Shown in pieces: positions 17,103-27,331 of a stretch of DNA of 52,665 nucleotides. The stretch spans positions 1 to 52,665 of the forward strand of contig JBBQJY010000003.1 in assembly GCA_038326365.1 (NCBI GenBank). The letters run 5' to 3'. The position numbers and the translations under genes were made by a program. The notes beneath the pieces were generated by a model. It saw nothing but the letters and a program-made list of their open reading frames with translations, had not been told where the DNA came from and did no database searches. How positions within the stretch are numbered: the stretch's first letter is position 1; every line of letters starts with the position of its first letter. This stretch comes from Candidatus Curtissbacteria bacterium. Its GTDB lineage: Bacteria > Patescibacteriota > Microgenomatia > Curtissbacterales > GWA2-41-24.

Positions 17103-17600
17103 ATGCCACGAACAGGAAAAGTCCCTAAAAGAATTATTGCTGCCGATCCCATTTACCAAAACATTTTGGTTACTCGTCTTATCAATAAGGTCATGACATC
17201 GGGTAAAAAAACAGTCGCCCAAAAAATAGTTTACGAAACATTCGAAAACATTAAGGCGCAAGGTGAGGACCCGGTAAAAACTTTTGAGGACGCACTTGAA
17301 AATATTACACCCAAAATGGAAGTTAGACCAAGAAGGGTTGGAGGAGCCTCCTACATGGTTCCCATGGAAGTACGCGGAACACGCAGACAATCATTGGCTC
17401 TATCTTGGCTTGTTGACAGCGCCCGCTCCAGAGCACTCGTTGAGATCACGCAGCGACCCAAAAATAAGCCGGTTATGATTGCAAAATTAACGGCCGAGAT
17501 AATGGAAGCAGCCAAAGGCGCCGGCAAAGCAGTCAACAAAAAAGAAGAGATGAACAGAATGGCAGAAGCAAATAAAGCATTTGCACATTTCCGCTGGTAA
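17103..17600 (+). CDS. rpsG: 30S ribosomal protein uS7
   Basis: EVRPRRVGGASYMVP, MAEANKAFAHFRW. Confidence 0.99.
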   Translation: MPRTGKVPKRIIAADPIYQNILVTRLINKVMTSGKKTVAQKIVYETFENIKAQGEDPVKTFEDALENITPKMEVRPRRVGGASYMVPMEVRGTRRQSLALSWLVDSARSRALVEITQRPKNKPVMIAKLTAEIMEAAKGAGKAVNKKEEMNRMAEANKAFAHFRW

Positions 17601-17605
17601 ATAAA

Positions 17606-17854
17606 ATGATAGTTTCAAGAGGACAAAAATTAAAACAACTTAGAACAAAGCTTCACGAACTTGAAGAAGTAAAGCTTAAAGACGCCCTCGCCAAATATGG
17701 AGAGGCCTACCAAGATAGTAACGGTGCTTGGGCAGAAAATGCTGCATGGGAACTAGCAGATGAAGAAATTTCTGTACTTCGAGCGATGATTGTCGAAATA
17801 AAAAAAGAAATTAGGACTCTGGAGCTTCCCCCACAACCGGCAGTTAAAAAATAA
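17606..17854 (+). CDS. GreA/GreB N-terminal coiled-coil-only mini-protein
   Basis: 82 aa; [11 protein letters not shown]...GEA...GAWAENAAW...A...MIVEIKKEI aligns by eye with the GreA N-domain LREELDFLKSV...AEA...GDLKENAEY; no C-terminal domain; 5 nt after rpsG and 4 nt before fusA. Confidence 0.75.
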   Translation: MIVSRGQKLKQLRTKLHELEEVKLKDALAKYGEAYQDSNGAWAENAAWELADEEISVLRAMIVEIKKEIRTLELPPQPAVKK

Positions 17855-17858
17855 TCTC

Positions 17859-20009
17859 ATGGCTTCTTCTACAACAAACCGCCTTTATCCGCTAGATCGC
17901 ATCCGCAACATAGGTATCATTGCCCACATTGACGCTGGCAAAACCACAACAACAGAGCGAATCCTTTTTTACACAGGTAAATCTTACAAGCTTGGCAATA
18001 TTGACGAAGGTACGACAGTTACCGATTGGATGGATCAGGAAAAAGAAAGAGGAATCACCATTGTCTCTGCCGCAGTAACTACTTTTTGGACCCCAAAAAC
18101 GGGACCAATGAAAGGCGTCGAAATGAGGATAAACATTATTGACACTCCCGGTCACGTTGACTTTACCGCCGAAGTTGAAAGATCTCTGCGAGTTTTAGAT
18201 GGCGGCGTGACAGTCCTTGATGCAGAAGAAGGAGTACAAAGTCAAAGTGAAACCGTTTGGCGTCAGGCCGACAAATATAAAGTTCCTCGAATTTGTTTTG
18301 TTAACAAAATGGACAAACTAGGAGCAGACTATTTTGCCACTTTAAAATCCATTCGCGATAAGCTCGGAGCACCAGCTGTTCCTTACAATATTCCAATTGG
18401 CAAGGAAAACGATTTCAGGGGAGTTGTCGACTTGTTAACAAGGAGGGCATTCCTTTGGGTAGAAAACGCAGAAGGGTTAGGTAAAGAATTTAACGAAGAG
18501 GATGTGCCACCGGACATGAAGGATGAGGTTGAAAAGTATCGTGCAGAACTGGTCGAGCGAATCGCCGAAACCGACGACAGCTTAACTGAAAAGTTTTTGG
18601 CAGGGGAAGAAATTGCGGTGGAAGATCTTAAAAATGCACTCAGGGGAGCTGTTATCAAATATAAAATTGTGCCCATTCTTGCCGGTTCGTCTCTTAGAAA
18701 TAAAGGTGTCCAGCCGCTTTTGGATGCAGTTTGTGAATATTTACCTTCGCCTCAAGATATTGAAAAAATAGAAGGTACTAACCCTAAAACAGAAGAAAAA
18801 GAAATTAGAAAATTAGTACCCGAAGAACCTTTTTCCGGCCTTGCTTTTAAAGTGCAAATCGACCCTCACGTCGGAAAGCTAACTTATGTTCGGATTTATT
18901 CCGGTATTTTGAAATCCGGTTCGTCTGTTATGAATTCAACAAAACACGACCGAGAAAGAATTGGCCGAATTCTCCTGATGCACGCCAACACCAGAGAAGA
19001 AGTAACCGAAGCTTATGCAGGCGAAATTGTTGCTGTGGTTGGTCTTAAAGTCACCGGTACTGGAGATACTATGTGCGATGAAGTAAAACCGATTGTTTTG
19101 GAATCCATTTCCTTTCCTGATCCAGTTATTTCTCTTGCCATCGAGCCTCAAACAAAAGCAGATCAAGAAAAACTTGGCTACGCGTTAGGCCGCTTGTCAG
19201 AAGAAGATCCAACTTTTCGAATAAAAGGGGATCCGGAAACAGGTCAAACTATTATTTCCGGAATGGGCGAATTACATTTGGAAATTTTGGTCGATCGCAT
19301 GAAGCGCGAGTTTAATGTTGCCGCCAATGTAGGATCTCCTCAAGTTGCCTATCGCGAAACCATCAAAGGAATCGGCAAAGGAGAAGGAAAGTATATTAAA
19401 CAATCCGGTGGTCGAGGACAGTATGGTCACGCTCTTGTTCGTGTAGAACCGAAGGAACGAGGCGAAGGCTACGAGTATGTTTCTGAAATTAAAGGAGGAG
19501 CAATTCCCCAAGAGTACATTCCGTCAATCGAAAAAGGTGTTCGCGAAAAAATGGAAATGGGAGTTTTGGCGGGTTACCCAATGGTCGATATGAAAGTTGC
19601 TGTTTATGACGGTAGTTATCACGATGTCGATTCCAGCGATATTGCTTTCAAAATCGCCGGAAGCATGGCCCTTGAAGCTGCTGCAAAAGCCGCGCAAATT
19701 GTTCTTATTGAGCCTATCATGAAAGTGGAAGTGACTATACCTGAAGAATTTATGGGAGATGTTATTGGAGATCTTTCTAGCAAGCGCGCCCAAATTCACG
19801 GCAGCGAGAATCACGGGAATTCCACGATCATCAATGCTCTTGTTCCACTATCGGAGATGTCCGGCTACGTCACCACCCTTCGCTCAATGACACAAGGCCG
19901 AGGATCTGCCTACATGGAGCCAAGCCACTACGAAGAAGTCCCGCAAAACATCTCCGACAAAATCGTCTCCCGTGTCAAAGGCGAAAAGGTTGAGAAAAAA
20001 GAAAGCTAA
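17859..20009 (+). CDS. fusA: Elongation factor G
   Basis: [42 protein letters not shown]. Confidence 0.99.
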   Translation: MASSTTNRLYPLDRIRNIGIIAHIDAGKTTTTERILFYTGKSYKLGNIDEGTTVTDWMDQEKERGITIVSAAVTTFWTPKTGPMKGVEMRINIIDTPGHVDFTAEVERSLRVLDGGVTVLDAEEGVQSQSETVWRQADKYKVPRICFVNKMDKLGADYFATLKSIRDKLGAPAVPYNIPIGKENDFRGVVDLLTRRAFLWVENAEGLGKEFNEEDVPPDMKDEVEKYRAELVERIAETDDSLTEKFLAGEEIAVEDLKNALRGAVIKYKIVPILAGSSLRNKGVQPLLDAVCEYLPSPQDIEKIEGTNPKTEEKEIRKLVPEEPFSGLAFKVQIDPHVGKLTYVRIYSGILKSGSSVMNSTKHDRERIGRILLMHANTREEVTEAYAGEIVAVVGLKVTGTGDTMCDEVKPIVLESISFPDPVISLAIEPQTKADQEKLGYALGRLSEEDPTFRIKGDPETGQTIISGMGELHLEILVDRMKREFNVAANVGSPQVAYRETIKGIGKGEGKYIKQSGGRGQYGHALVRVEPKERGEGYEYVSEIKGGAIPQEYIPSIEKGVREKMEMGVLAGYPMVDMKVAVYDGSYHDVDSSDIAFKIAGSMALEAAAKAAQIVLIEPIMKVEVTIPEEFMGDVIGDLSSKRAQIHGSENHGNSTIINALVPLSEMSGYVTTLRSMTQGRGSAYMEPSHYEEVPQNISDKIVSRVKGEKVEKKES

Positions 20010-20164
20010 GAACAGCTCAAGTCTGCCACACTAAAGCAATAGGATAGCATTGACGTCCAAATAAGAGCAGCAATCAACAACAGCACAAAAATGATTGCAC
20101 GCAGAAATAAAGATTGCTTCCAATACCATTTATATGTTTGAACAATAGATTTATTTAATTTCAT
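20006..20164 (-). CDS. Small single-pass membrane protein (52 aa)
   Basis: Translated by hand: [52 protein letters not shown]; its stop overlaps the fusA stop. Confidence 0.5.
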   Translation of the reverse strand: MKLNKSIVQTYKWYWKQSLFLRAIIFVLLLIAALIWTSMLSYCFSVADLSCS

Positions 20165-20176
20165 TTCTGTTTTTTT

Positions 20177-20371
20177 TTAAAATATGATTTTAGCTATAAA
20201 CACACTTAAAATCGCTAAAATAATTATTACAAATATTTTCCCCAAGTGAATGAAGCAAATCTCAATAAAATGGCCAAAAAATATCCAGAACCAGTTTATG
20301 CAATAGACGACGAATCTGCAATTAAATATATCGACGGTAATATCGATATCATCTCCAAAGGTGGGTAGCAA
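20177..20371 (-). CDS. Possible small hydrophobic protein or 3-prime gene remnant
   Basis: 64-aa ORF from TTG; frame stays open upstream without an ATG up to a TAG near 20410; hydrophobic C-terminus. Confidence 0.3.
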   Translation of the reverse strand: MLPTFGDDIDITVDIFNCRFVVYCINWFWIFFGHFIEICFIHLGKIFVIIILAILSVFIAKIIF

Positions 20372-20393
20372 AAGTTCAACTGATTTTTCCTTC

Positions 20394-20423
20394 TTGACAT
20401 TTTTTTGCTATAAGCCTTAAACT
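20394..20423 (+). promoter_or_regulatory. Dedicated promoter for tuf
   Basis: TTGACA (20394-20399), 18 nt, TAAACT (20418-20423). Confidence 0.6.
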
Positions 20424-20479
20424 ATGCAGACTGAATCAGTTGAAAAGACTGATGTGTTTCTTATAATCAAAAAACTAAA

Positions 20480-21664
20480 ATGTCTGAAGGAAAATACGAA
20501 CGAAACAAACCCCACGTAAATATCGGAACCATCGGTCACGTAGACCATGGTAAGACTACTCTTACAGCGGCAATTACCACAGTCTTGTCTAAAAAGGGTA
20601 TGGCAAAGGCAAAAGCCTTTGACGAAATTGACAATGCTCCAGAAGAAAAACAACGTGGAATTACAATCAACATCACCCATGTTGAGTATGAAACTGAAAA
20701 AAGACACTACGCACACATAGATGCCCCAGGACACGCAGACTACATTAAAAACATGATTACCGGTGCCGCCCAAATGGATGGTGCAATTCTCGTTGTTTCA
20801 GCACCAGACGGCCCAATGCCTCAAACTCGAGAGCATGTTCTTTTAGCTCGACAAGTAAACGTTCCAGCAATTGTTGTTTTCTTAAATAAATGTGACATGG
20901 TTCAAGACGCAGAACTATTAGATCTAGTTGAGCTTGAAGTTCGGGAGCTTTTAGATAAATACGAATATGACGGCAAGAATGCAACCATAATTCGTGGTTC
21001 TGCTAAAAAAGCTCTCGAAGGAGATCCAGAAGCAGTTAAAGCAATCGAAGATTTAATGACAGCAGTCGACGAAAAAATTCCAACACCAGTTCGAGAGTTA
21101 GACAAACCTTTCTTAATGCCGGTTGAAGATGTTTTCTCAATCAAAGGACGAGGCACAGTTGTAACAGGAAGAGTAGAAAGAGGAGTTGTTAAAGTAAACG
21201 ACGAAATCGAGATAGTTGGTCTTACCCCAACAAAGAAAACAGTTGTTACAGGCGTTGAAATGTTTAGAAAAGAACTAGATCAAGGCCAAGCAGGAGATAA
21301 CATTGGAGTTTTATTGCGCGGAGTTGAAAAAGATGATGTAGAACGAGGTCAGGTTTTGGCAAAAGCTGGAACAGCAAAACCACACACTGAGTTTGAAGCG
21401 GAAGTTTACATCTTAACCAAAGAAGAAGGCGGAAGACACACACCATTTTTTACCGGCTACAGGCCACAATTTTATATTAGAACTACCGATGTAACCGGAG
21501 AAGCCACTCTTCCAGAAGGAACAGAAATGGTCATGCCTGGAGATAATATCAAAATGAAAATAAAGCTTATCGTCCCCGTAGCACTTGAGGAAGGCCTTAG
21601 GTTTGCCGTTCGAGAGGGCGGCCACACCGTAGGCGCCGGAGTAGTTTCCAAAGTAGTCGCCTAA
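20480..21664 (+). CDS. tuf: Elongation factor Tu
   Basis: [33 protein letters not shown]. Confidence 0.99.
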   Translation: MSEGKYERNKPHVNIGTIGHVDHGKTTLTAAITTVLSKKGMAKAKAFDEIDNAPEEKQRGITINITHVEYETEKRHYAHIDAPGHADYIKNMITGAAQMDGAILVVSAPDGPMPQTREHVLLARQVNVPAIVVFLNKCDMVQDAELLDLVELEVRELLDKYEYDGKNATIIRGSAKKALEGDPEAVKAIEDLMTAVDEKIPTPVRELDKPFLMPVEDVFSIKGRGTVVTGRVERGVVKVNDEIEIVGLTPTKKTVVTGVEMFRKELDQGQAGDNIGVLLRGVEKDDVERGQVLAKAGTAKPHTEFEAEVYILTKEEGGRHTPFFTGYRPQFYIRTTDVTGEATLPEGTEMVMPGDNIKMKIKLIVPVALEEGLRFAVREGGHTVGAGVVSKVVA

Positions 21665-21674
21665 TAAGAAAACT

Positions 21675-21699
21675 AAAGCTCGCTGCATGCGAGTTTTTT
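21675..21699 (+). terminator. Intrinsic terminator after tuf
   Basis: AAAGCTCGC-tgcat-GCGAGTTTTTT stem-loop with U-tract. Confidence 0.8.
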
Positions 21700-21713
21700 A
21701 ATGCCTAAATAGC

Positions 21714-21743
21714 TTGCTTATTTAAGAGTGATTTTGGTACAAT
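21714..21743 (+). promoter_or_regulatory. S10 operon promoter
   Basis: TTGCTT (21714-21719), 18 nt, TACAAT (21738-21743) preceded by TGn. Confidence 0.65.
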
Positions 21744-21794
21744 TTGTCACTTGTTTAAAAACAGGTAAATTGCACATTAATAAAAGGTAGTATT

Positions 21795-22103
21795 ATGCCA
21801 AAAGGAAGAATACGAGTTAGATTAAAAGCATACGACGCGCGAGTAATCGATGCGGCGTGCAAGGACATAATAAACACTGCGCTCGGGACAGGCGCAAAGA
21901 TCTCTGGCCCAATCCCCTTGCCTACAAAGTTTACAAAATACACTGTTTTAACTAGCCCTCACACCGACAAAAATGCTCGGGAACAGTTTGAAATGCGAAC
22001 CCATAAGAGATTAATTGACATAATTGAACCGACTAACAAAACAATAGATTCATTAACACACCTGGATTTACCGGCAGGAGTCGACATTGAACTAAAGATG
22101 TAA
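21795..22103 (+). CDS. rpsJ: 30S ribosomal protein uS10
   Basis: [41 protein letters not shown]. Confidence 0.99.
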   Translation: MPKGRIRVRLKAYDARVIDAACKDIINTALGTGAKISGPIPLPTKFTKYTVLTSPHTDKNAREQFEMRTHKRLIDIIEPTNKTIDSLTHLDLPAGVDIELKM

Positions 22104-22168
22104 AATCGAAATACGAAATTTGGAATCGAAAATACTATTTTCGAATTCGAGTTTGGGATTTCGAATCT
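22104..22168. repeat. Degenerate heptamer (TCGAAAT-like) tandem and inverted repeat forming an imperfect hairpin
   Basis: TCGAAAT 22106-22112 pairs with ATTTCGA 22158-22164; TCGAAAA 22126-22132 pairs with TTTTCGA 22138-22144; ~7-nt periodicity. Confidence 0.65.
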
Positions 22169-22208
22169 TAATGAGTTCGGAGGTAATTAAAACTTAATAG
22201 AAAGAAAT

Positions 22209-22286
22209 CTTAAACGAATAAACGATCCAAATTAGATCGACGTTTAGGTGGGACACCTGAAAACATTTAAGGAGTCCTGCTTTTTT
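22209..22286 (+). promoter_or_regulatory. Two-hairpin leader with terminator-like second stem before rplC
   Basis: Stem 22209-22216/22241-22248 with inner CGATC/GATCG; stem GGGACaCCT/AGGaGTCCT (22250-22278) followed by gcTTTTTT. Confidence 0.45.
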
Positions 22287-22305
22287 GCTGTCAAAAGAGA
22301 ATACA

Positions 22306-23112
22306 ATGCAAACCTTGTTAGGAATAAAACAAAATATGACAACCCGCTATTCGCGCGTGGGCTATAAAGTGCCGGTTACCCTGATTGCAGTGGAGCCGAA
22401 CGTAGTCGTGTGGCAAAAAGAAGACAGGGTACTTGTTGGCTTAGGTAAAAAAAAGAAAATTAAAAAAACTGAATCAGCCATTGCCAAAGCCACAGGATAT
22501 ACACCCCGCTATTTAAAAGAAATAAAAGTTCTCCAAACAGAAAATTCCCAAGAAAATCAAGAAAAATTAAAAGCAGGACAACAAGTAACAGTTGCTATTT
22601 TTGAAGAAGGAGACGAGGTTAAGGTAACTGGTACTACAAAAGGACGTGGCTTCGCAGGGGCAATCAAAAGGCATGGCTTCCACGGTGGGCCAAAAACACA
22701 CGGTCAATCTGACAGGCACAGGGCTCCGGGTTCAATTGGGGCGGGTACAACCCCTGGGCGCGTTTACAAAGGCAAAAGAATGGCGGGGCACATGGGAGCA
22801 AGCCAATTCACTGTTACAAATTTAGAAGTTATACAAGTCGATGCCAGCAAAAACATTTTAGCAATTAAAGGCGCCGTGCCAGGAGCTAAAAACGGTTTCG
22901 TAATTGTTGAAAAAACAGGAAAAGTAAAAGGATATACGCCTCCCCCACCACCAAGCGAAGAAAAGCAAGTAGAAAAAGAAGAAAAAGCAGAAGCAGAGGC
23001 CAAAGAACAAAAAGAAACAAAAAGCGCCGACGGATTAGACCAGTCAAAAGAAAAAGTAGCTGAAGCTGCATCGCCAGCTGAAGAAAAAAAGGACGTAGAA
23101 AATGCCGGATAA
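22306..23112 (+). CDS. rplC: 50S ribosomal protein uL3 with acidic C-terminal tail
   Basis: TKGRGFAGAIKRHGF, HRAPGSIG, PGRVYKGKRMAGHMG; start set at ATG 22306. Confidence 0.98.
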   Translation: MQTLLGIKQNMTTRYSRVGYKVPVTLIAVEPNVVVWQKEDRVLVGLGKKKKIKKTESAIAKATGYTPRYLKEIKVLQTENSQENQEKLKAGQQVTVAIFEEGDEVKVTGTTKGRGFAGAIKRHGFHGGPKTHGQSDRHRAPGSIGAGTTPGRVYKGKRMAGHMGASQFTVTNLEVIQVDASKNILAIKGAVPGAKNGFVIVEKTGKVKGYTPPPPPSEEKQVEKEEKAEAEAKEQKETKSADGLDQSKEKVAEAASPAEEKKDVENAG

Positions 23113-23887
23113 AAAGTTAAAGGCCAAAACTACAGTGTCAAAGATAAAAAATCCAAAGGCAAAAAAGCCTGTCAGCACTAAAGCGGCAAAAAAACCACCA
23201 GTCACGTCTCAACCTATTTCAAAATCGGCACCTAAAACAACTGCGCAGACAAAAACAATAACGGCTAAACCCACAGGGCTGACTGTTCGAGTTTACGATA
23301 TAGCAGGTAAATCGACAGGTACAACAAATCTTCCAGAGAAAACATTTGGAAGCAAAGTGAACAAAGCCTTAATAGCTCAAGCCCTCCATATTTATTTTTC
23401 TAATGCCACGCCGCATGCCGGTCACACAAAAACTCGTGGTGAAGTCCGAGGCGGTGGGAAAAAACCTTGGCGCCAAAAAGGAACCGGAAACGCGAGGGCC
23501 GGATCTAGAAGATCACCTTTGTGGGTTGGCGGAGGAATTACTTTTGGTCCTAGAAAAAGAGATGCAGGACTTGAGTTGCCTAAGAAAATGAAAAAAGCTG
23601 CTTTGATTTCGGCACTTTCTTCCAAAGCGCAAGACGGATCGATAAGGATAATTTCAAATCTGGAAAAAATTCAACCAAAAACAAAAAACATGGCAGACCT
23701 TTTTTCTAAAGTTGAAGCCGAAAATCCAGTATTGGTAATTTTGGGCGAACGAAGTAAGTCTACTGACTTAGCAATTAGAAATATTCCTAACGCTTCAGTA
23801 GAACTTGTAAGCAACCTTAACGCTTATTTAATATGGAAAAACAAAAATCTACTAATTTCAAAAGATGCCCTGGAGAAATTTGCATGA
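23102..23887 (+). CDS. rplD: 50S ribosomal protein uL4 with Lys-rich N-terminal extension
   Basis: [37 protein letters not shown]. Confidence 0.98.
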   Translation: MPDKKLKAKTTVSKIKNPKAKKPVSTKAAKKPPVTSQPISKSAPKTTAQTKTITAKPTGLTVRVYDIAGKSTGTTNLPEKTFGSKVNKALIAQALHIYFSNATPHAGHTKTRGEVRGGGKKPWRQKGTGNARAGSRRSPLWVGGGITFGPRKRDAGLELPKKMKKAALISALSSKAQDGSIRIISNLEKIQPKTKNMADLFSKVEAENPVLVILGERSKSTDLAIRNIPNASVELVSNLNAYLIWKNKNLLISKDALEKFA

Positions 23888-24297
23888 AAACAGCACATAT
23901 CTTAAAAAAAGCACAACTTTCGGAAAAAGCATACGCGCAAATGGAAAAGGGAATTTACACCTTTTTAATCGATCGCCGAGCATCAAAAGATCAAATTAAA
24001 AAGGCAGTCGAAGCTCAATTTGCAACAAAAGTTGTCAAAGTTAATGTTTTAAACAAGTTAGGAAAAAGTAAAAGAGCAAGTGCTCGAAGTAGGAAACAAA
24101 TTATGACTGGTATGGGAAGAAAAGCTCTAGTATTTCTTGCTCCTGGTCAGAAAATAGAAATGCTTTCTCCCAAAAGGGAGGCAGTGAAGAAAATGACTAA
24201 AAATTCAAAAGAAGCTAAAGAAGAAACCAAACCAAAAGAAGAGGGTTTGCTTTCAAAGATAAGAAAATCAAAGCCGGAAGGATTAGAAGGAAAATAA
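23884..24297 (+). CDS. rplW: 50S ribosomal protein uL23 with C-terminal tail
   Basis: SEKAY...YTFLIDRRASKDQIKKAVE...VVKVNV...RKALVFL; start ATG 23884. Confidence 0.95.
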   Translation: MKTAHILKKAQLSEKAYAQMEKGIYTFLIDRRASKDQIKKAVEAQFATKVVKVNVLNKLGKSKRASARSRKQIMTGMGRKALVFLAPGQKIEMLSPKREAVKKMTKNSKEAKEETKPKEEGLLSKIRKSKPEGLEGK

Positions 24298-25119
24298 ATG
24301 GCACTCAAAATTTATAAAGGAACAACACCAGGACAAAGATTTAGAATTGGTCTTGCTTTTGAGGAGATTACAAAATCAACACCAGAAAAGTACTTAGTCA
24401 AAAATCTAAGAAGAAGCCGAGGCAGGTCCAATGGACATATCACTGTTCGTGGCAAAGGCGGTGGGCACAAAAGAAACATGAGAGAAATTGATTTTAAACG
24501 AAATAAAAGAGACATTGAATCGGTTGTTGCCTCAATTGAATATGATCCAAATCGTACGGCAAATATAGCACTATTAAATTACAGAGATGGAGAAAAGCGC
24601 TATATTCTAGCGCCAGTCGGTTTAAAGGTTGGAGACAAGATAGCAACTGGGGACAAAACGGCAGTTAAAGCTGGTAATTCTATGCCACTTATAAATATGC
24701 CCATTGGTACCCTAGTTCACAATATTGAACTAATGCCAGGTAGCGGTGGTCAAATTGTAAGAAGCGCAGGAACGGCAGCAATTGTTGCCGCAAAAGAAGG
24801 CAAATACGTTCACCTCAAACTTCCTTCCAAAGAGGTCAGGAAAATTAATGCGAGCTGTTTTGCAACTATTGGGCAGATTGGGAACATCGACTGGAAAAAT
24901 ACTTCTTTTGGAAAAGCGGGCAAAAAAAGACATTTGGGAAAAAGACCTAAAGTTCGGGGTGTGGCAATGGATCCTAATTCGCATCCTCATGGAGGTGGAG
25001 AAGGAAAATCTGGAACAGGTATGCATCCTAAAACGCCGACAGGCAAAAGCGCTTTTGGAAAAACTAGAAACAGGAATAAGCCGTCTGGGAAATTTATCCT
25101 ATCAAGGAGAAACAAATAA
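24298..25119 (+). CDS. rplB: 50S ribosomal protein uL2
   Basis: [32 protein letters not shown]. Confidence 0.99.
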   Translation: MALKIYKGTTPGQRFRIGLAFEEITKSTPEKYLVKNLRRSRGRSNGHITVRGKGGGHKRNMREIDFKRNKRDIESVVASIEYDPNRTANIALLNYRDGEKRYILAPVGLKVGDKIATGDKTAVKAGNSMPLINMPIGTLVHNIELMPGSGGQIVRSAGTAAIVAAKEGKYVHLKLPSKEVRKINASCFATIGQIGNIDWKNTSFGKAGKKRHLGKRPKVRGVAMDPNSHPHGGGEGKSGTGMHPKTPTGKSAFGKTRNRNKPSGKFILSRRNK

Positions 25120-25403
25120 TGGCAAGATCAAGTAAAAAAGGTCCTTACGTAGACGTAAAATTGCTAAAGAAAGTTATGGCTCAAAAAGAAGGCGGACAAA
25201 AAAGTGCAATCAAAACATGGGCTCGGCACTGTCAAATTGCACCCGAATTTGTAAATCACACATTCGCTGTTCACAACGGAAGGACTTTCATAAATGTTTT
25301 TGTCTCGGAACCAATGGTTGGCCATCGTTTAGGTGAATTTTCACCGACTAGAACTTTTCGTGGACATGGAAAAATGACCGAGAAAGCGACGGCTAAAAAA
25401 TAA
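25119..25403 (+). CDS. rpsS: 30S ribosomal protein uS19
   Basis: [31 protein letters not shown]. Confidence 0.99.
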   Translation: MARSSKKGPYVDVKLLKKVMAQKEGGQKSAIKTWARHCQIAPEFVNHTFAVHNGRTFINVFVSEPMVGHRLGEFSPTRTFRGHGKMTEKATAKK

Positions 25404-25825
25404 TGCAAGTTATATCGACGGCTAAAAATGTTAGAGTTTCGCCCGAAAAGGTTAGGCTGGTTGTTGCTCAAATAAAGAAAATGGCACCCGCAAAAGCGAT
25501 AGAGATTTTGGAGTTCGTACCTAATAAATCCAGTAAACCACTAAAAAAGGTCATTATGTCAGCAATGGCAGACGCCAAAAATAATTTCAATCTCGATGAG
25601 AGTTCACTTGCTTTTGCAGAAATAAATGTTGGAAAAGGTATATCTTTCAAACGATTTCGTCCGATCTCTCGAGGGAGAGCGCATGCAATTTTGAAAAAGA
25701 CAAGCATAATAAGAGTTACTTTAAATGGAGAAAAAATTAAAAAGATAGAAAAACAGGAATTAACACCAAAAATTGATGGAGAAAAAATTAAATCTAATGA
25801 AGCAAAAGAGAAAGGAAAAAAATAA
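25403..25825 (+). CDS. rplV: 50S ribosomal protein uL22
   Basis: VRVSPEKVRLV, KRFRPISRGRA, ILKKTS. Confidence 0.98.
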   Translation: MQVISTAKNVRVSPEKVRLVVAQIKKMAPAKAIEILEFVPNKSSKPLKKVIMSAMADAKNNFNLDESSLAFAEINVGKGISFKRFRPISRGRAHAILKKTSIIRVTLNGEKIKKIEKQELTPKIDGEKIKSNEAKEKGKK

Positions 25826-26460
25826 TGGGACAGAAAGTTAATCCAACAGGTTTCAGAACGGGTAATCTTTTAAATTGGAACTCTCGATGGTTTGCAAAAA
25901 AAGGAGATTTCTCGATTAATCTTTTGGAAGACAGAAAAATTAGACTGTACTTGCTAGATAACCTAAAAAATGCTGGCGTGAGCAAAATAGAGATAGAAAG
26001 ATTCTTTGATAAAAGGACAGTCACAATTCACGTTTCACGACCCGGTGTTGCAATTGGCCGTGGAGGTTCCGGCGCCGAACAATTAAAGGCAACTCTGGTG
26101 AAAAATATGAAGCTTAAAGATGCTGGAAAGTTAGAAATAAAATTTGAAGAAATTAAAATCCCAGATCTGGATGCGTATTTAGTTGCAGTAAATATTGCAG
26201 AGCAACTTGCCCGAAGGATCCCTTTTCGAAGAGTTATGAATCAGTCACTCGAGAGAATAAAAAGATCAGGGGCAAAAGGAGCACGAGTAGCTTTGGCTGG
26301 TCGTTTAGGTGGATCAGAAATTGCAAGGCGCGAGATCGTCAAAGACGGAGCAGTCCCCTTGCAGACCATGAGGGCAAACATTGATTTTGCAAAAGTAGAT
26401 GCCAAAGTTCCAAAAGCTGGCATCGTTGGCATAAAAGTTTGGATAAACAAAGGAGAATAA
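25825..26460 (+). CDS. rpsC: 30S ribosomal protein uS3
   Basis: MGQKVNPTGFR, RPGVAIGRGG, GRLGGSEIAR. Confidence 0.99.
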   Translation: MGQKVNPTGFRTGNLLNWNSRWFAKKGDFSINLLEDRKIRLYLLDNLKNAGVSKIEIERFFDKRTVTIHVSRPGVAIGRGGSGAEQLKATLVKNMKLKDAGKLEIKFEEIKIPDLDAYLVAVNIAEQLARRIPFRRVMNQSLERIKRSGAKGARVALAGRLGGSEIARREIVKDGAVPLQTMRANIDFAKVDAKVPKAGIVGIKVWINKGE

Positions 26461-26865
26461 ATGTTAGCACCAAAGCGCGCAAAATATAGAAAACAATTTA
26501 GAAACAAAAGGGGAGGAATCGCAGTGAGAGGCAATTCTTTATCCTTTGGCTCACATGGATTAAAAAGTCAGGAAGCGGCTTGGATAACAGCCAGGCAGAT
26601 AGAAGCGGCTCGTCGAGCAATGACGCATTACACCAAAAGGGGAGGCAGAATCTGGATAAGGATTTTTCCTGACAAACCTGTCACTAAAAAACCTGCCGAA
26701 ACCCGAATGGGATCTGGAAAAGGGGACGTCGATCACTTTGTTGCAGTTGTAAAACCAGGGACTGTACTTTTTGAGATGGGCTCTGTTGAAGATAAAGTAG
26801 CCAAAGAAGCGATGAGGCTCGCGGCCCATAAATTGCCAATAAAAACAAGGCTAATAGTTAGATAA
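26461..26865 (+). CDS. rplP: 50S ribosomal protein uL16
   Basis: [28 protein letters not shown]. Confidence 0.99.
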   Translation: MLAPKRAKYRKQFRNKRGGIAVRGNSLSFGSHGLKSQEAAWITARQIEAARRAMTHYTKRGGRIWIRIFPDKPVTKKPAETRMGSGKGDVDHFVAVVKPGTVLFEMGSVEDKVAKEAMRLAAHKLPIKTRLIVR

Positions 26866-26868
26866 TAA

Positions 26869-27114
26869 ATGAAAAGAAAAGATTTAAACGAATTAAAAAA
26901 TAAAGATTATAAGGACCTGAAAAAGATGCTGGATGATAAAAGACGCGATTTAACAAAAACAATAGTAGAAGCCAAAATGGGTAGTGTAAAAAATGTGCAC
27001 GAAACGAGAAATAGGAAAAAAGAAATTGCCTACATTTTGACGTTTATGAACATTAAGAAGCTAACAATAAGTGAAAAACCAAAAGAAAAGGAGACAAAAA
27101 ATGGCACAAATTAA
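26869..27114 (+). CDS. rpmC: 50S ribosomal protein uL29
   Basis: Position between rplP and rpsQ; KNVHETRNRKKEIAYILT pattern. Confidence 0.9.
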   Translation: MKRKDLNELKNKDYKDLKKMLDDKRRDLTKTIVEAKMGSVKNVHETRNRKKEIAYILTFMNIKKLTISEKPKEKETKNGTN

Positions 27115-27331
27115 AAGTGGTGTAGTAATTTCCGACAAAATGGAAAAAACAGTTGTCGTAAATATTTCTATGACCAAAAAACACCCGTTATATAAAAAGA
27201 GAATTTCTTTTTCAAAAAAAATTAAAGCTCACGACGAGCTGGGAGTGAAAACAGGCGATAAGGTGAAGATTGTGGAGACAAAACCATATTCGAAAACTGT
27301 AAATTTTAAAGTTATGGAGGTCATAAAGTAA
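27101..27331 (+). CDS. rpsQ: 30S ribosomal protein uS17
   Basis: [31 protein letters not shown]; start ATG 27101. Confidence 0.98.
   Translation: MAQIKSGVVISDKMEKTVVVNISMTKKHPLYKKRISFSKKIKAHDELGVKTGDKVKIVETKPYSKTVNFKVMEVIK

Noticed and set aside
22104-22168. CRISPR array suggested by repeated CGAAA units
   Set aside because: Units are 7 nt with no spacers and no cas genes; no repeat-spacer array was seen anywhere in the window
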